Shown in pieces: positions 20,668 through 30,968 of a DNA stretch of 64,000 nucleotides. Every line of letters starts with the position of its first letter. The stretch's first letter is position 1. The notes under the pieces were generated by a model. It did no database searches, was not told the origin of the DNA, and saw only the letters and a list, made by a program, of their open reading frames with translations. Made by a program: the position numbers and the translations under genes. Where the stretch lies: the sequence record SRR31156797_2365; one strand, given 5' to 3'.

Positions 20668-21966
20668 ATGAAAATTGTTATTATTCATCACCATTTGAAT
20701 CCAGGGGGTGTTACCCGGATTATCCAGTCGCAGGTTAGCAGCCTCAGGAAGGTATTACCGGAAACGGAGATTGCGATCCTTACCGGGAAGTCGGGTTATC
20801 CTGATTTTTTCGGTGAGTTGAACATTCCCGTAAAAGTAAACCCGAAATTGAATTACCTTCTTGGCAATGAACCTCCTGATGATGAGCTGAATAGCCATAG
20901 AGATGAAATCTCAATGTTTTTAAAAGGACAAATTTCGAAAGATGATATCATCCATGTACACAACCTGAACCTGGGAAAAAATCCGGTGCTTACCCTTGCA
21001 ATTTCCGAAATGAGTAGTCATGGCTATAAAGTATTTAATCACTGCCATGATTTTGCAGAAGACCGGAAACCCAACATGGATTATCTTGAAAACGTAATTC
21101 ATGAACATTTCGGTGAGAAAACACAAATGGTAATGTACCCGGACCGTCCCAACCACCTTTTTGGAACCATCAACGCTTTTGACAGGGAAAGGATCATTGA
21201 AACCGGCATACCTGCCAATAAAGTCATTCACCTGCCCAATCCGGTACATTTTGAAAAGAAAAGCCGATTAACAAAAGCGGAAGCAAAAGCATCCATTTGC
21301 AATGCGCTCGGGATTGAAAAAGCGAAACCGCTCATTACCTATCCTGTGCGGGTGATCCGGCGAAAAAATATCGGTGAACTGATCTTGCTCAGCACGCTCT
21401 ATGCAGGCAGGGCTAACTGGCTGGTAACCATGCCACCCAAAAATCCTGAAGAAGTTGTGCATTATGAGGCGTGGAAAAAATTCTGCGCTGATGAACAAAT
21501 AGCACTCGTGTGGGAAGCAGGTAAAGATGTTGATTTTGAAGAACTGCTCATAGCAACAGATGTATGCATCTCAACGAGTATCCGTGAAGGGTTTGGAATG
21601 GTATTCCTGGAGCCATGGCTTCTGGGAACACCGGTTATGGGCCGAAACATAAGCTATGTAACAAAAGATCTACTGGAAAGTGGCGTTGAATTTCCGCTAC
21701 TTTATGATGAAATAAAGGTTGAATTTAAGGGTAAAAAACAAGATTTTGGACAGCTTGATCCTGAAATACAGAAGGGTATCATCAAAAATCTAAATGAAAA
21801 TCATACTGCAAAAAAACAGGTACAGGACATGAACCCAAAGCTGGAAAAGCTGTTTGAAATTCCCGGCAATGAACTGGTAGAAAAAAACAAAATGACCATA
21901 AAAAAAGAATATTCACTCGATAACTACGCATCACGATTAAATGAAATTTATACAAAACTGGCTTAA
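20668..21966 (+). CDS. GT-B (GT4-like) glycosyltransferase, putative mannosylglucosyl-3-phosphoglycerate synthase
   Basis: HHHLNPGGVTRII, HNLNLGKN, HDFAED, PVRVIRRKNIGE, REGFGMVFLEPW; first gene of the gpgS operon. Specific function is inference. Confidence 0.7.
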   Translation: MKIVIIHHHLNPGGVTRIIQSQVSSLRKVLPETEIAILTGKSGYPDFFGELNIPVKVNPKLNYLLGNEPPDDELNSHRDEISMFLKGQISKDDIIHVHNLNLGKNPVLTLAISEMSSHGYKVFNHCHDFAEDRKPNMDYLENVIHEHFGEKTQMVMYPDRPNHLFGTINAFDRERIIETGIPANKVIHLPNPVHFEKKSRLTKAEAKASICNALGIEKAKPLITYPVRVIRRKNIGELILLSTLYAGRANWLVTMPPKNPEEVVHYEAWKKFCADEQIALVWEAGKDVDFEELLIATDVCISTSIREGFGMVFLEPWLLGTPVMGRNISYVTKDLLESGVEFPLLYDEIKVEFKGKKQDFGQLDPEIQKGIIKNLNENHTAKKQVQDMNPKLEKLFEIPGNELVEKNKMTIKKEYSLDNYASRLNEIYTKLA

Positions 21967-22846
21967 GGAATTAGAAGAAATCAAACCCATACCAACTTCG
22001 GAAAATCCCCGGTTAAAAAAGCTTGAAAATATCAAGGCTGTCATTTTCGACATTTACGGAACCCTTCTGGTTTCATCGTCGGGCGACATCAACCAGGCCG
22101 AAATTTCGGGTAACAATCTGAAACGTGCGCTCAAAGAGGCAAACATCCAATTTACCGACCCGGTAATAAAAAATGATGAAAAACTTTTGGCCGATTTGCT
22201 GGCAACGTTTGTAAAGCTGATCCACCAGCACCAGGACCTGCTTCGTAATCAGGGCATCCCGTTTCCGGAGGTTGATATCCGTAAAGTTTGGGAAGATTTG
22301 TTGAAGTATGCAACCGATAAGGGAATACTCAAAGTGGGCCGGAATTCAAACCTGACCAGATTGACTTTTGTATTTGAATTGCTAAGCAACAAAGTATGGC
22401 CAATGCCCGGCATGAAAGAAACTCTCGAACACTTCCATCACGAGAAACTGCCACTGGGAATTGTATCGAACGCCCAGTTTTACACCCCGATCATGATGAA
22501 TTATTTTCTGACACAAAAAGTAGCCAATACTGATAACATTGATTTGTTTGATCCTGCGCTTTCAGTTTTTTCCTATAAACTACTCAAGGCAAAACCAGAT
22601 ACCACCATCTTTGAGCCCATGCTGAAAAACCTGAAAGCCAAATACAACATTCGTCCTGATGAATCAGTTTTTATTGGCAACGACATGTATAAAGACATTT
22701 ATCCGGCATCCAAATTGGGAATGAAAACCATCTTTTTTGCCGGTGATAAGCGCTCACTCAGGCTTCGGGAAGAACAGGAAGAAGTAAAAGGATTAAAGCC
22801 AGACGCCGTGATCACAAAGCTGGAACAACTGAAACAAATTATTTGA
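21941..22846 (+). CDS. HAD-family phosphatase (putative MGPG/GPG phosphatase)
   Basis: FDIYGTL motif I, VSNAQF motif II, KPD, IGNDMYKDI; overlaps both neighbours. Confidence 0.8.
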   Translation: MKFIQNWLKELEEIKPIPTSENPRLKKLENIKAVIFDIYGTLLVSSSGDINQAEISGNNLKRALKEANIQFTDPVIKNDEKLLADLLATFVKLIHQHQDLLRNQGIPFPEVDIRKVWEDLLKYATDKGILKVGRNSNLTRLTFVFELLSNKVWPMPGMKETLEHFHHEKLPLGIVSNAQFYTPIMMNYFLTQKVANTDNIDLFDPALSVFSYKLLKAKPDTTIFEPMLKNLKAKYNIRPDESVFIGNDMYKDIYPASKLGMKTIFFAGDKRSLRLREEQEEVKGLKPDAVITKLEQLKQII

Positions 22847-24300
22847 GCATGAATATCAAACACCTGAACGTAGGAATTTTACATTCGTTGATTGGCAAAA
22901 ACGACGGGGTTTCCATCGTGATAGACCAAACCGTAAACGCCATGGTGAAAAATATGGGCATCAGCCTGGGCAATATTTACTTCCTCGCTGCACACACCTC
23001 ACCGCGTTTCAATGCCGAAACCGATGATATCTTCTGGCACAAAAACGATACGCACAAGCTCATCGTAAAAAAGTTTTCTTCTAAAGCACCTGCCGGTTTG
23101 GACGAACTCATTCATGAGAAGGCACTCTATGCTAAAAATGTTATCAAGGATTTTATCGATAAAAATGAGATCGACCTGCTGATTGCCCACAACACTTCGC
23201 ATCCTTACAACTTTATTACAGCAGTGGGCCTTGGCTACTATCTGGATGAGATCAGATCGAAAAATATCATCTGGCCCAATGTACTGGTTTGGTGGCACGA
23301 CTCCTATTACGAGCGCGAAATCTTTAATAATGCCAACCCGGTTATCGAGAAATACCTGAAATACCTGCCCGGAATTCATATTGACGGGATTGCTTTCATC
23401 AACAAAACACAAATAGAACTGGGTAAAAGATGGTTCAGGAATTACAACGGGCAGAAGCTGGATTCGTTTTTCAGAGAACGTGCCGTGGTAGTGCCCAATA
23501 CCAGCGAAATAACCTGGCAATGGAAGGATAATAATTGGGAATCAGATACCCTCATCTATCCAAAACAGGACAACTACAACGATTCTTTTTTTGGTGATGT
23601 AGGTTTGACCAGGGAACTTGAAAAGCGCGGGATGACCCTGGACGATGCTGTGATTTTACTACAGCATACCCGTGTTGTTCCACGAAAGCGCATTGAGATA
23701 GCCATTCAGCTTGCCTTTAAACTTGAAAAAAAGTATTTGGAAGGAGGGCAACAAAAATGCGTGACCGTGTTGGTGAGCGGCCACTCGGGCGATGAACAAT
23801 TCGAATACAAAAAACATCTCAGGAACTATTTTAAGGAACGGTTGATTAAAAACCCGGATTCAAACGTGGTGTTGCTTTTTGGCGAAAGTGTAATCCTTTC
23901 GCACCGCGATATAATCGTGGATAAAAAATATTACAAATTTGCCGAAATACCGTCAATCTGTGCAGCTACAGGAGCGATTGGAACGTTCTTTAGCCAGGTT
24001 GAGGGCTTTGGCAATAACCTGCTCGAAATGATGTCGTTTGGACTTCCTGTTGTGATTAACCGTTATGAAGTTTACAAAGAAGAAATCCAGCAACTCAACT
24101 TCAGGCTACCCAGCATTGACAACTGTGAGCTAGACGAGAAACTGGTGGATGAAGCATACGAACTGCTTACAAATTTTAAATACAGAAATGAAATCGTAAA
24201 ACATAATTTAGACATCTTAAACCAAAAATTGTGTCATGATATTATTGCTGAAAAATTGAGTCCGTTAATCGTGAATATGTTTACTAAAGTCTTGAAATAG
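22843..24300 (+). CDS. GT-B (GT4-like) glycosyltransferase, mannosylglucosylglycerate synthase (MggS)-like
   Basis: DGVSIV, WHDSYYER, LQHTRVVPRKRIEIAI, VEGFGNNLLE. Confidence 0.7.
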   Translation: MSMNIKHLNVGILHSLIGKNDGVSIVIDQTVNAMVKNMGISLGNIYFLAAHTSPRFNAETDDIFWHKNDTHKLIVKKFSSKAPAGLDELIHEKALYAKNVIKDFIDKNEIDLLIAHNTSHPYNFITAVGLGYYLDEIRSKNIIWPNVLVWWHDSYYEREIFNNANPVIEKYLKYLPGIHIDGIAFINKTQIELGKRWFRNYNGQKLDSFFRERAVVVPNTSEITWQWKDNNWESDTLIYPKQDNYNDSFFGDVGLTRELEKRGMTLDDAVILLQHTRVVPRKRIEIAIQLAFKLEKKYLEGGQQKCVTVLVSGHSGDEQFEYKKHLRNYFKERLIKNPDSNVVLLFGESVILSHRDIIVDKKYYKFAEIPSICAATGAIGTFFSQVEGFGNNLLEMMSFGLPVVINRYEVYKEEIQQLNFRLPSIDNCELDEKLVDEAYELLTNFKYRNEIVKHNLDILNQKLCHDIIAEKLSPLIVNMFTKVLK

Positions 24301-24350
24301 TATTAATGGATAAATGACACCAAACACAAACCGTAAAAAACAACAATATT

Positions 24351-25562
24351 ATGGGAGATTTTTATCAAAATGGACTGGTAACAACCATTAGCAACATGCA
24401 TAGCCGATCTGTAGAAAATCTTGAAGAAGAGCTTATCAAGTTTTCTAAAAAGCGCCCAATGGGACTGATCATCCCAAGTTTGTATTCCGAACTCCAGGGC
24501 GATGCGTTACCAAATATCCTGGACGAATTGAGCAAAGTTCCATATCTGTCCGAAATCATCATCGGCCTCGACAGGGCCAACAAAAAAGAGTTTGCCCATG
24601 CGAAGGAATATTTCTCACAGCTGCCGCAGCATCACAGGGTACTTTGGCACGACGGCCCCAAACTTACGGCACTGGATAAAAAACTGAAAGCCATGAAACT
24701 TGCCCCCGATCAAATGGGTAAAGGGCGAAATGCATGGTACTGTTTCGGGTACATGATTGCCTCCGGAAAATCAGAAGCTATAGCCCTGCATGACGCCGAT
24801 ATCCTGACCTACGAAAGGGGCATGCTGGCAAGATTGCTGTATCCCGTTGCACATCCCAATTTCAACTATCGTTTTTGTAAAGGGTTTTATTACCGCTCAA
24901 ATAACGATGAGCTAAAGGGCAGGGTAGTCCGGCTGCTCATAACTCCTTTGCTTCGTACTTTAAAGAAGTTTTTTGGCCCCATAGAATATCTGGAGTTTCT
25001 CGACAGTTTCAGGTATCCATTGGCCGGCGAGTTCTCCATGCGTGCTGATGTTTTGAAAACCATCCGCATCCCCTCCGACTGGGGTCTCGAAGTTGGAATT
25101 TTATCAGAGGTTCACCGCAACAATTCAACCAACCGCATCTGCCAGGTTGAAATTGCTGACCGCTATGATCACAAACACCAGCCCATTTCACCGGATGATC
25201 CCGACAAGGGGCTTTCAAAAATGGTGTACGATATTGCCATGGCGATTTTCGTGAAGCTTACCCAAAACGGCGTTATTTTCTCCTCAGGTACCTTTAGGTC
25301 CATCAAATCAACATACTACAGGATCGGGCTGGATTTTGCAGAACAGTATTACAGCCTGGCCAGATTTAACGGCCTGACTTACGACCGGAATGCCGAGGAA
25401 GAAACTGTTGGTTTGTTTTCAGGGATCATTTACAAAGCCGGCGAAGACCTGCTCAACAACTGGGATCATACCGTATTTATCCCCAACTGGAAAAGGATTA
25501 ACAATGCGTTACGCGATTTTCATGAGGAATACCACCAGGCAGTAGAAGAAGACAACCAGTAA
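24351..25562 (+). CDS. gpgS: Glucosyl-3-phosphoglycerate synthase
   Basis: MGDFYQNG, PSLYSEL, GKGRNAW, LHDADI, GRVVRL, YPLAGEF, DWGLEVG, YDHKHQ. Confidence 0.85.
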   Translation: MGDFYQNGLVTTISNMHSRSVENLEEELIKFSKKRPMGLIIPSLYSELQGDALPNILDELSKVPYLSEIIIGLDRANKKEFAHAKEYFSQLPQHHRVLWHDGPKLTALDKKLKAMKLAPDQMGKGRNAWYCFGYMIASGKSEAIALHDADILTYERGMLARLLYPVAHPNFNYRFCKGFYYRSNNDELKGRVVRLLITPLLRTLKKFFGPIEYLEFLDSFRYPLAGEFSMRADVLKTIRIPSDWGLEVGILSEVHRNNSTNRICQVEIADRYDHKHQPISPDDPDKGLSKMVYDIAMAIFVKLTQNGVIFSSGTFRSIKSTYYRIGLDFAEQYYSLARFNGLTYDRNAEEETVGLFSGIIYKAGEDLLNNWDHTVFIPNWKRINNALRDFHEEYHQAVEEDNQ

Positions 25563-25616
25563 TTGGGGCTCACTACTGAATTACCTCTTTATCTTTTTTT
25601 ACATTAAAACCTTTGA

Positions 25617-27320
25617 ATGCATAGGATGAAACCGAATACCCAAACATTTGATAAAATAAATAAAAGACTTACCTCAATATACGGCGATCAATTACCGGAA
25701 GGATACACAGATCGGTTTCTGGCTGCAGTTGAAAAATATATTACGCCGGGCGAAGCAGACAACAAGTGGGATGAATCGGATGTGGTGCTGATTACTTATG
25801 GCGACAGCATCATAAATGATGGGGAACCCGGCCTTCAGGTACTTGGCAGGTTCCTGAAAAAGCATTTGGCTGAAGAATTAAGCTTTGTACATATCCTGCC
25901 GTTTTACCCCTACACTTCCGATGACGGCTTTTCCGTTGTTGATTATAAAGCTGTCAATCCCGGGTTGGGCGATTGGGAAGATGTGAAAAAACTGGGTGAA
26001 AATTTCAAACTGATGTTCGATCTGGTTATCAACCATATCTCCCAAAAATCGGAGTGGTTCCAGAATTACCTGAAAGGCAAAGATCCGGGCAAAAACTATT
26101 TCATCGAGGTTGATCCGAAGACCGATCTTTCAGAAGTGATACGGCCCCGAAGCCTGCCGTTGCTCACGCCGTTTGAAACTTCACATGGCCTGCGTCATGT
26201 TTGGACTACATTCAGCGACGACCAGATCGACCTTGACTTTTCCAACCCTGAGGTGCTACTGGAAATGGTGAAGGTTTTGCAGCATTATCTGGAAAATGGC
26301 GCATCCATGATCCGGATGGATGCCATCGCTTTCTTGTGGAAAGAGATCGGGACCACATGTTTGCACCTGCCCGAAACCCATGAGGTGGTGAAGCTTTTGC
26401 GGGATGTTATGGAACTTGTAAATCCCAAATCCATTTTGCTCACCGAAACCAATGTGCCCAACAAGGAAAACCTGAGCTATTTTGGTGATGGTGACGAAGC
26501 CCACATGGTTTACCAGTTTTCATTGCCACCGTTATTGTTGCATGCCTTGTTCTCGGGAAATGCCGGCTATTTTAACCATTGGGCAGCATCCATTCCGGCA
26601 TTGGATGATAATTGTACATTTTTCAATTTCACAGCCTCGCACGATGGTATTGGTGTGCGGCCGCTTGAAGGATTGCTTCCTGATGAAGAATTGACTGAAC
26701 TGATCGAAGGCATGAAAGCCGGTGGCGGCATGATCTCCACCCGCCGGCAAAGCGATGGCACCGACAGCCCCTACGAAATGAACATCACCTACCTTGATGC
26801 CATGAAGCGCACCAAAAACGGCACCGATGATCTCCAGGTTGAGCGGTTCCTGGCCTCGCAAACCGTGATGATGGAAATGAAAGGCATACCGGCATTTTAC
26901 ATCCACAGCCTGCTGGGTACGCATAATTACCTGGAGGGTGTTGAAGAAACCGGGCGTGCCCGGACCATCAATCGCAGGAAATGGAAAGAATCTGAGATTG
27001 AAGCATTGCTGGAACAAGGTACATCACACACCAAAATCCTAGAAGAACTGAAACAACGGATCAACATCCGGAAAGCACAGCCTGCCTTTCATCCTGACGG
27101 AGCCCAGGAAATTGTGGATGCCGGCGAAGAGCTGATCGCCATCAAACGCATCAGCCCTGATCAATCGCAGGAAATCCTTTGCCTTACCAATGTTACGGAT
27201 AAAATACTCAGCATTGAGGCTGACAAAATCAACGGATTCGACCTGTTGAAAAACAGCAAGGTTTATTTGGAGAATGGTCAACTAACCTTGCAACCATATC
27301 AAACAATGTGGTTGGTTTAA
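25617..27320 (+). CDS. GH13_18 sucrose-phosphorylase family, probable glucosylglycerate phosphorylase
   Basis: LITYGDS, SDDGFSV, DLVINH, WTTFSDDQIDL, RMDAIAF, TETNVP, ASHDGIG, YEMNITY, RTINR; adjacent to gpgS. Confidence 0.85.
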   Translation: MHRMKPNTQTFDKINKRLTSIYGDQLPEGYTDRFLAAVEKYITPGEADNKWDESDVVLITYGDSIINDGEPGLQVLGRFLKKHLAEELSFVHILPFYPYTSDDGFSVVDYKAVNPGLGDWEDVKKLGENFKLMFDLVINHISQKSEWFQNYLKGKDPGKNYFIEVDPKTDLSEVIRPRSLPLLTPFETSHGLRHVWTTFSDDQIDLDFSNPEVLLEMVKVLQHYLENGASMIRMDAIAFLWKEIGTTCLHLPETHEVVKLLRDVMELVNPKSILLTETNVPNKENLSYFGDGDEAHMVYQFSLPPLLLHALFSGNAGYFNHWAASIPALDDNCTFFNFTASHDGIGVRPLEGLLPDEELTELIEGMKAGGGMISTRRQSDGTDSPYEMNITYLDAMKRTKNGTDDLQVERFLASQTVMMEMKGIPAFYIHSLLGTHNYLEGVEETGRARTINRRKWKESEIEALLEQGTSHTKILEELKQRINIRKAQPAFHPDGAQEIVDAGEELIAIKRISPDQSQEILCLTNVTDKILSIEADKINGFDLLKNSKVYLENGQLTLQPYQTMWLV

Positions 27321-27507
27321 ACATTGGTGAACTGTCAGACAGTTTTGCCAAATATTCGCAAGGGAACAACCTGCCAGGCACAAAGTCAGGGTGCAATAAA
27401 AAACATCATCAAGCTGACTGACAGTTTGATAATTTCGAGCACCCGATATTTTATCCACACCCTTTTATCAGCATGCAGATTGTGATTACTTTTGGTTTTG
27501 GAAAACA

Positions 27508-27581
27508 GTAAAGACGCCCAAATTAGGTGTCTCTTTGCAAATCATGAATTTACATAAAGAGACGCGATAAAACGCGTCTCT
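27508..27581. repeat. Pair of REP-like palindromes upstream of priA
   Basis: AGAGACGCG-N6-CGCGTCTCT (27558-27581) plus degenerate copy gtaaagacgcccaaattaggtgtctct (27508-27534). Confidence 0.65.
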
Positions 27582-27597
27582 ATCACAATAACACAAA

Positions 27598-30093
27598 ATG
27601 TCCCGCATCACGCTTTTCGCTGAAGTCTTACTCCCGTTGCCCGTTCCGGGGACATTCACCTATCGCATTCCTTACGAGATGAATGCTGAGGTGGAAACCG
27701 GCAAGCGTGTGGTGGTGCAGTTTGGCAAAAAGAAAATCTACACCGGGCTTGTAAAATCGGTGCATGAGAAGGTTCCTGAAGGCTACGTTCCCAAATATGT
27801 CTTATCCATTCTGGATCCGGAGCCGGTGGTAAATGAGCTGCAGTTCAGGTTTTGGGACTGGATTGCGGAATACTACATGTGCCACCCCGGTGAAGTGATG
27901 AATGCCGCCATGCCGTCAGCGCTCAAACTGGCCAGCGAAACACGGATTGTACAACACCCGGATTTTAATGGTGAAACTGACCACCTGAATGAAAAAGAAT
28001 ATCTGGTTGCCGAAGCCATCGACATTCAGAAAACCCTGACCATTTCTGAGGTTTCGCGGATTGTGGAATACAAAAAGGTGATCCCGCTCATCAAAAACCT
28101 CATCGAAAAAAAGGTGGTGCTGGTGGAGGAAGAACTCAAAGACCGCTACCGCCCTAAGGTGGAATCCTATGTGAGTTTAACGGCCGAATACAGAACTGTT
28201 GAAAGTCTCCAGCAGATTTTTGATGACCTCGAAAAACGGGCTTTCAAGCAGCTTGAACTGCTGATGACGTTCATCCGGATTGCCGGTGAATTGCAAAATG
28301 ACGTGGTTGAAGTAAAAAAAACAGACCTGCTGAAGTTGGCTAATGCCACCGCTGCTCCCTTGAATGCCCTGGTGAAAAAAGGCGTTTTTGAGATCAACGA
28401 CAAGGAAAGCAGCCGGCTTGAGGAGTTTGAGGCACGCACCTCACCCGAAACCATTGTTTTCACAGATAAGCAAAAAACGGCATTCGATGAGATCCAATCT
28501 TCTTATGAAAAACACAAGGTTGTTTTGCTGCACGGCGTTACCTCCAGCGGTAAAACTGAAATTTACATCCGCCTCATCGAAGAAACCATCCGCCAGGGGA
28601 AGCAGGTGCTTTTCCTGCTTCCTGAAATTGCGCTGACCACACAGATCATCAACCGGCTGCGGAAATATTTTGGCGACCAGGTTGGGGTTTACCACTCCAA
28701 ATACAACGAGTTTGAACGTGTTGAAATCTGGAACCACGTCATAAAAAGTGGCGGTGAGATGGAAGGCATCCAAAAATATAAGGTGATCCTGGGGGCCCGC
28801 TCGGCATTGTTTCTGCCATACAGTAATCTCGGGTTGGTTATTGTGGATGAAGAACACGACTCATCCTACAAACAATATGCACCGGCACCACGCTACCTGG
28901 CGCGCGATGCGGCCATTTTGCTGGCCAACATGCACGGTACCAAAACGCTGCTGGGCTCGGCCACACCATCGGTGGAATCGTATTTTAATGCAGGCTCCGG
29001 GAAATATGGACTGGTGGAACTCACCGAGCGCTATGGCGGTGTGCAGATGCCGGAGATCATGGTTGCCGACCTCAAAAATGAAACACGCCGCAAACTGATG
29101 AAATCACACTTCAGCTCGCTACTGGTGAAAAACATGGAAGAAGCCCTGGAGAAAAAAGAGCAGGTGATCCTTTTCCAGAACCGGCGTGGGTTTTCACTCA
29201 GACTGGAATGTGATCAGTGCAACTGGCTGCCCACCTGCAAAAACTGCGACGTAACGCTGATCTACCACAAATACAACAACCAGCTCAAATGCCACTACTG
29301 CGGCTACTCCACCCGCGTGCCGGAACGCTGCCCGGAATGTGGTTTCACCGGTATTACCATGAAGGGCTTCGGTACGGAAAAAATTGAGGACGACCTGGCC
29401 ATCTTTTTCCCCAAGGCCGGCATCCAGCGCATGGACCTGGACACAACCCGCTCAAAAAATGCCTACCAGAAAATCATCTCCGATTTTGAAGAACGCCGCA
29501 TCGATATTTTAGTGGGAACGCAAATGGTGACGAAGGGGCTGGATTTCGACAATGTGAGCATCGTGGGCATCCTCAACGCCGACAACCTGATCAGCTATCC
29601 CGATTTCAGATCTTTCGAAAGAAGTTTCCAGATGATGGCCCAGGTTTCAGGGCGGGCCGGACGAAAACAAAAACGCGGCAAGGTGATCATCCAGACCTAC
29701 AACCCTTACCATGCGGTGATCCAGTACGTGATCGACAACAATTATGATTTCATGTTTCGCAGCCAGGTGCAGGAACGCAGGCTCTTTAAATACCCGCCCT
29801 ACTACCGGATGATTGAGCTGCAACTGCAACACAAAGACCCCAATTTTGTGAATGCCGCCGCCAGTGAGCTGGCCAATGCTTTAAAGAAACAATTCGGCAA
29901 GCGCATCCTCGGGCCGGAGTTCCCCATCGTTTCACGCATTAAAAATTTATATCTGAAAAACATCCTGATCAAACTGGAAAAATCTGAAAAGACCGCTCCC
30001 ATGAAACGAAGGATTGCAGAGATAATCGACTGGTTCAACACCCAAAGCCAGTACAAAGCGGCAAGGGTGGTGGTGGATGTGGATCCGGTATAA
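27598..30093 (+). CDS. priA: Primosomal protein N' (replication restart helicase)
   Basis: HGVTSSGKTE, DEEH, SATPS, NRRGF, four CxxC pairs, GTQMVTKGLDF, QVSGRAGR, VDVDP. Confidence 0.97.
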   Translation: MSRITLFAEVLLPLPVPGTFTYRIPYEMNAEVETGKRVVVQFGKKKIYTGLVKSVHEKVPEGYVPKYVLSILDPEPVVNELQFRFWDWIAEYYMCHPGEVMNAAMPSALKLASETRIVQHPDFNGETDHLNEKEYLVAEAIDIQKTLTISEVSRIVEYKKVIPLIKNLIEKKVVLVEEELKDRYRPKVESYVSLTAEYRTVESLQQIFDDLEKRAFKQLELLMTFIRIAGELQNDVVEVKKTDLLKLANATAAPLNALVKKGVFEINDKESSRLEEFEARTSPETIVFTDKQKTAFDEIQSSYEKHKVVLLHGVTSSGKTEIYIRLIEETIRQGKQVLFLLPEIALTTQIINRLRKYFGDQVGVYHSKYNEFERVEIWNHVIKSGGEMEGIQKYKVILGARSALFLPYSNLGLVIVDEEHDSSYKQYAPAPRYLARDAAILLANMHGTKTLLGSATPSVESYFNAGSGKYGLVELTERYGGVQMPEIMVADLKNETRRKLMKSHFSSLLVKNMEEALEKKEQVILFQNRRGFSLRLECDQCNWLPTCKNCDVTLIYHKYNNQLKCHYCGYSTRVPERCPECGFTGITMKGFGTEKIEDDLAIFFPKAGIQRMDLDTTRSKNAYQKIISDFEERRIDILVGTQMVTKGLDFDNVSIVGILNADNLISYPDFRSFERSFQMMAQVSGRAGRKQKRGKVIIQTYNPYHAVIQYVIDNNYDFMFRSQVQERRLFKYPPYYRMIELQLQHKDPNFVNAAASELANALKKQFGKRILGPEFPIVSRIKNLYLKNILIKLEKSEKTAPMKRRIAEIIDWFNTQSQYKAARVVVDVDPV

Positions 30094-30306
30094 AACCCGG
30101 TACGGGTTGCGCTAATATACCTTAGCCCGTGCTGGGTTGATCGGTTCATTGCCAACAATATTGCTATAAAACCACAACTCATACTGCGTTGTTTTCGTCG
30201 ATTAAGATGAATTGGGGAAACCTGGTTTAGGGTTCCGATCGAAATTGAAAAAGCAACATCTAAACAAAATCCCTTACCCTCTGTTTGTTGCTAAAACAAA
30301 ACTTTC

Positions 30307-30765
30307 ATGGACGCAAAGAAAAAAGCAGGACGCTATTCACGCATCTACAAACAGCTGGAAGAACTGCTCAAAGCCACCGAAAACACTGAATCCCGGATGG
30401 CAACCATTGCTGCGGTGTTGCACCACAAGATGGATTATTTTTTCTGGACGGGGTTCTACTGCCTGGCCGAAAACGGCGAACTCACCGTACGTACTTACCA
30501 GGGGCCGGTGGCATGCCAGGTGCTAAAAAAAGATACCGGCGTTTGCTGGGCCGGCATCAACCGGCAGAAAACCATCGTAGTGGAAAACGTGCATGATTTT
30601 CCGGGCCACATCGCCTGTGATGCGCGTTCCAATTCCGAGATTGTGGTACCCGTCAGGAATAAAGCTGGGAAAATATTTGGTGTATTAGATGTGGATAGCA
30701 AGGAACCCGCCGCTTTTGATCAGACAGATGCGGAGTGGTTGGAGAAGATTGTTCGCCTTATTTAG
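30307..30765 (+). CDS. msrC: GAF-domain protein, free methionine-(R)-sulfoxide reductase family
   Basis: FWTGFY, YQGPVAC, GVC, FPGHIACD, SNSEIVVP, GVLDVDS. Confidence 0.85.
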   Translation: MDAKKKAGRYSRIYKQLEELLKATENTESRMATIAAVLHHKMDYFFWTGFYCLAENGELTVRTYQGPVACQVLKKDTGVCWAGINRQKTIVVENVHDFPGHIACDARSNSEIVVPVRNKAGKIFGVLDVDSKEPAAFDQTDAEWLEKIVRLI

Positions 30766-30782
30766 CTATTTTTTTTTAGCAA

Positions 30783-30968
30783 GGGGCTGTCTTAAAAGTC
30801 CAATATTTAAAAAGTGCCACTCACATTGTGATGCCCGCTTCGCGAGGCGAGCATTTGGCCAAAAAACACCAAAATGCACAAATAGCTCTTATACTGTAAT
30901 TTACACATTAGTGAAATTTTTGTGCCTTCGTGCCACTCGTGGCGAAATCAATCTAATGAGACAGCCCC
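30783..30968. mobile_element. MITE-like non-coding element (186 bp) with terminal inverted repeats
   Basis: GGGGCTGTCT (30783-30792) / AGACAGCCCC (30959-30968); internal A/B repeats related to those at 17.3-18.0 kb. Confidence 0.55.

Noticed and set aside
27325-27430. aactgtcagacagtt and related CTGAC/GACAG motifs
   Set aside because: Short palindromes with no consistent spacing or promoter context
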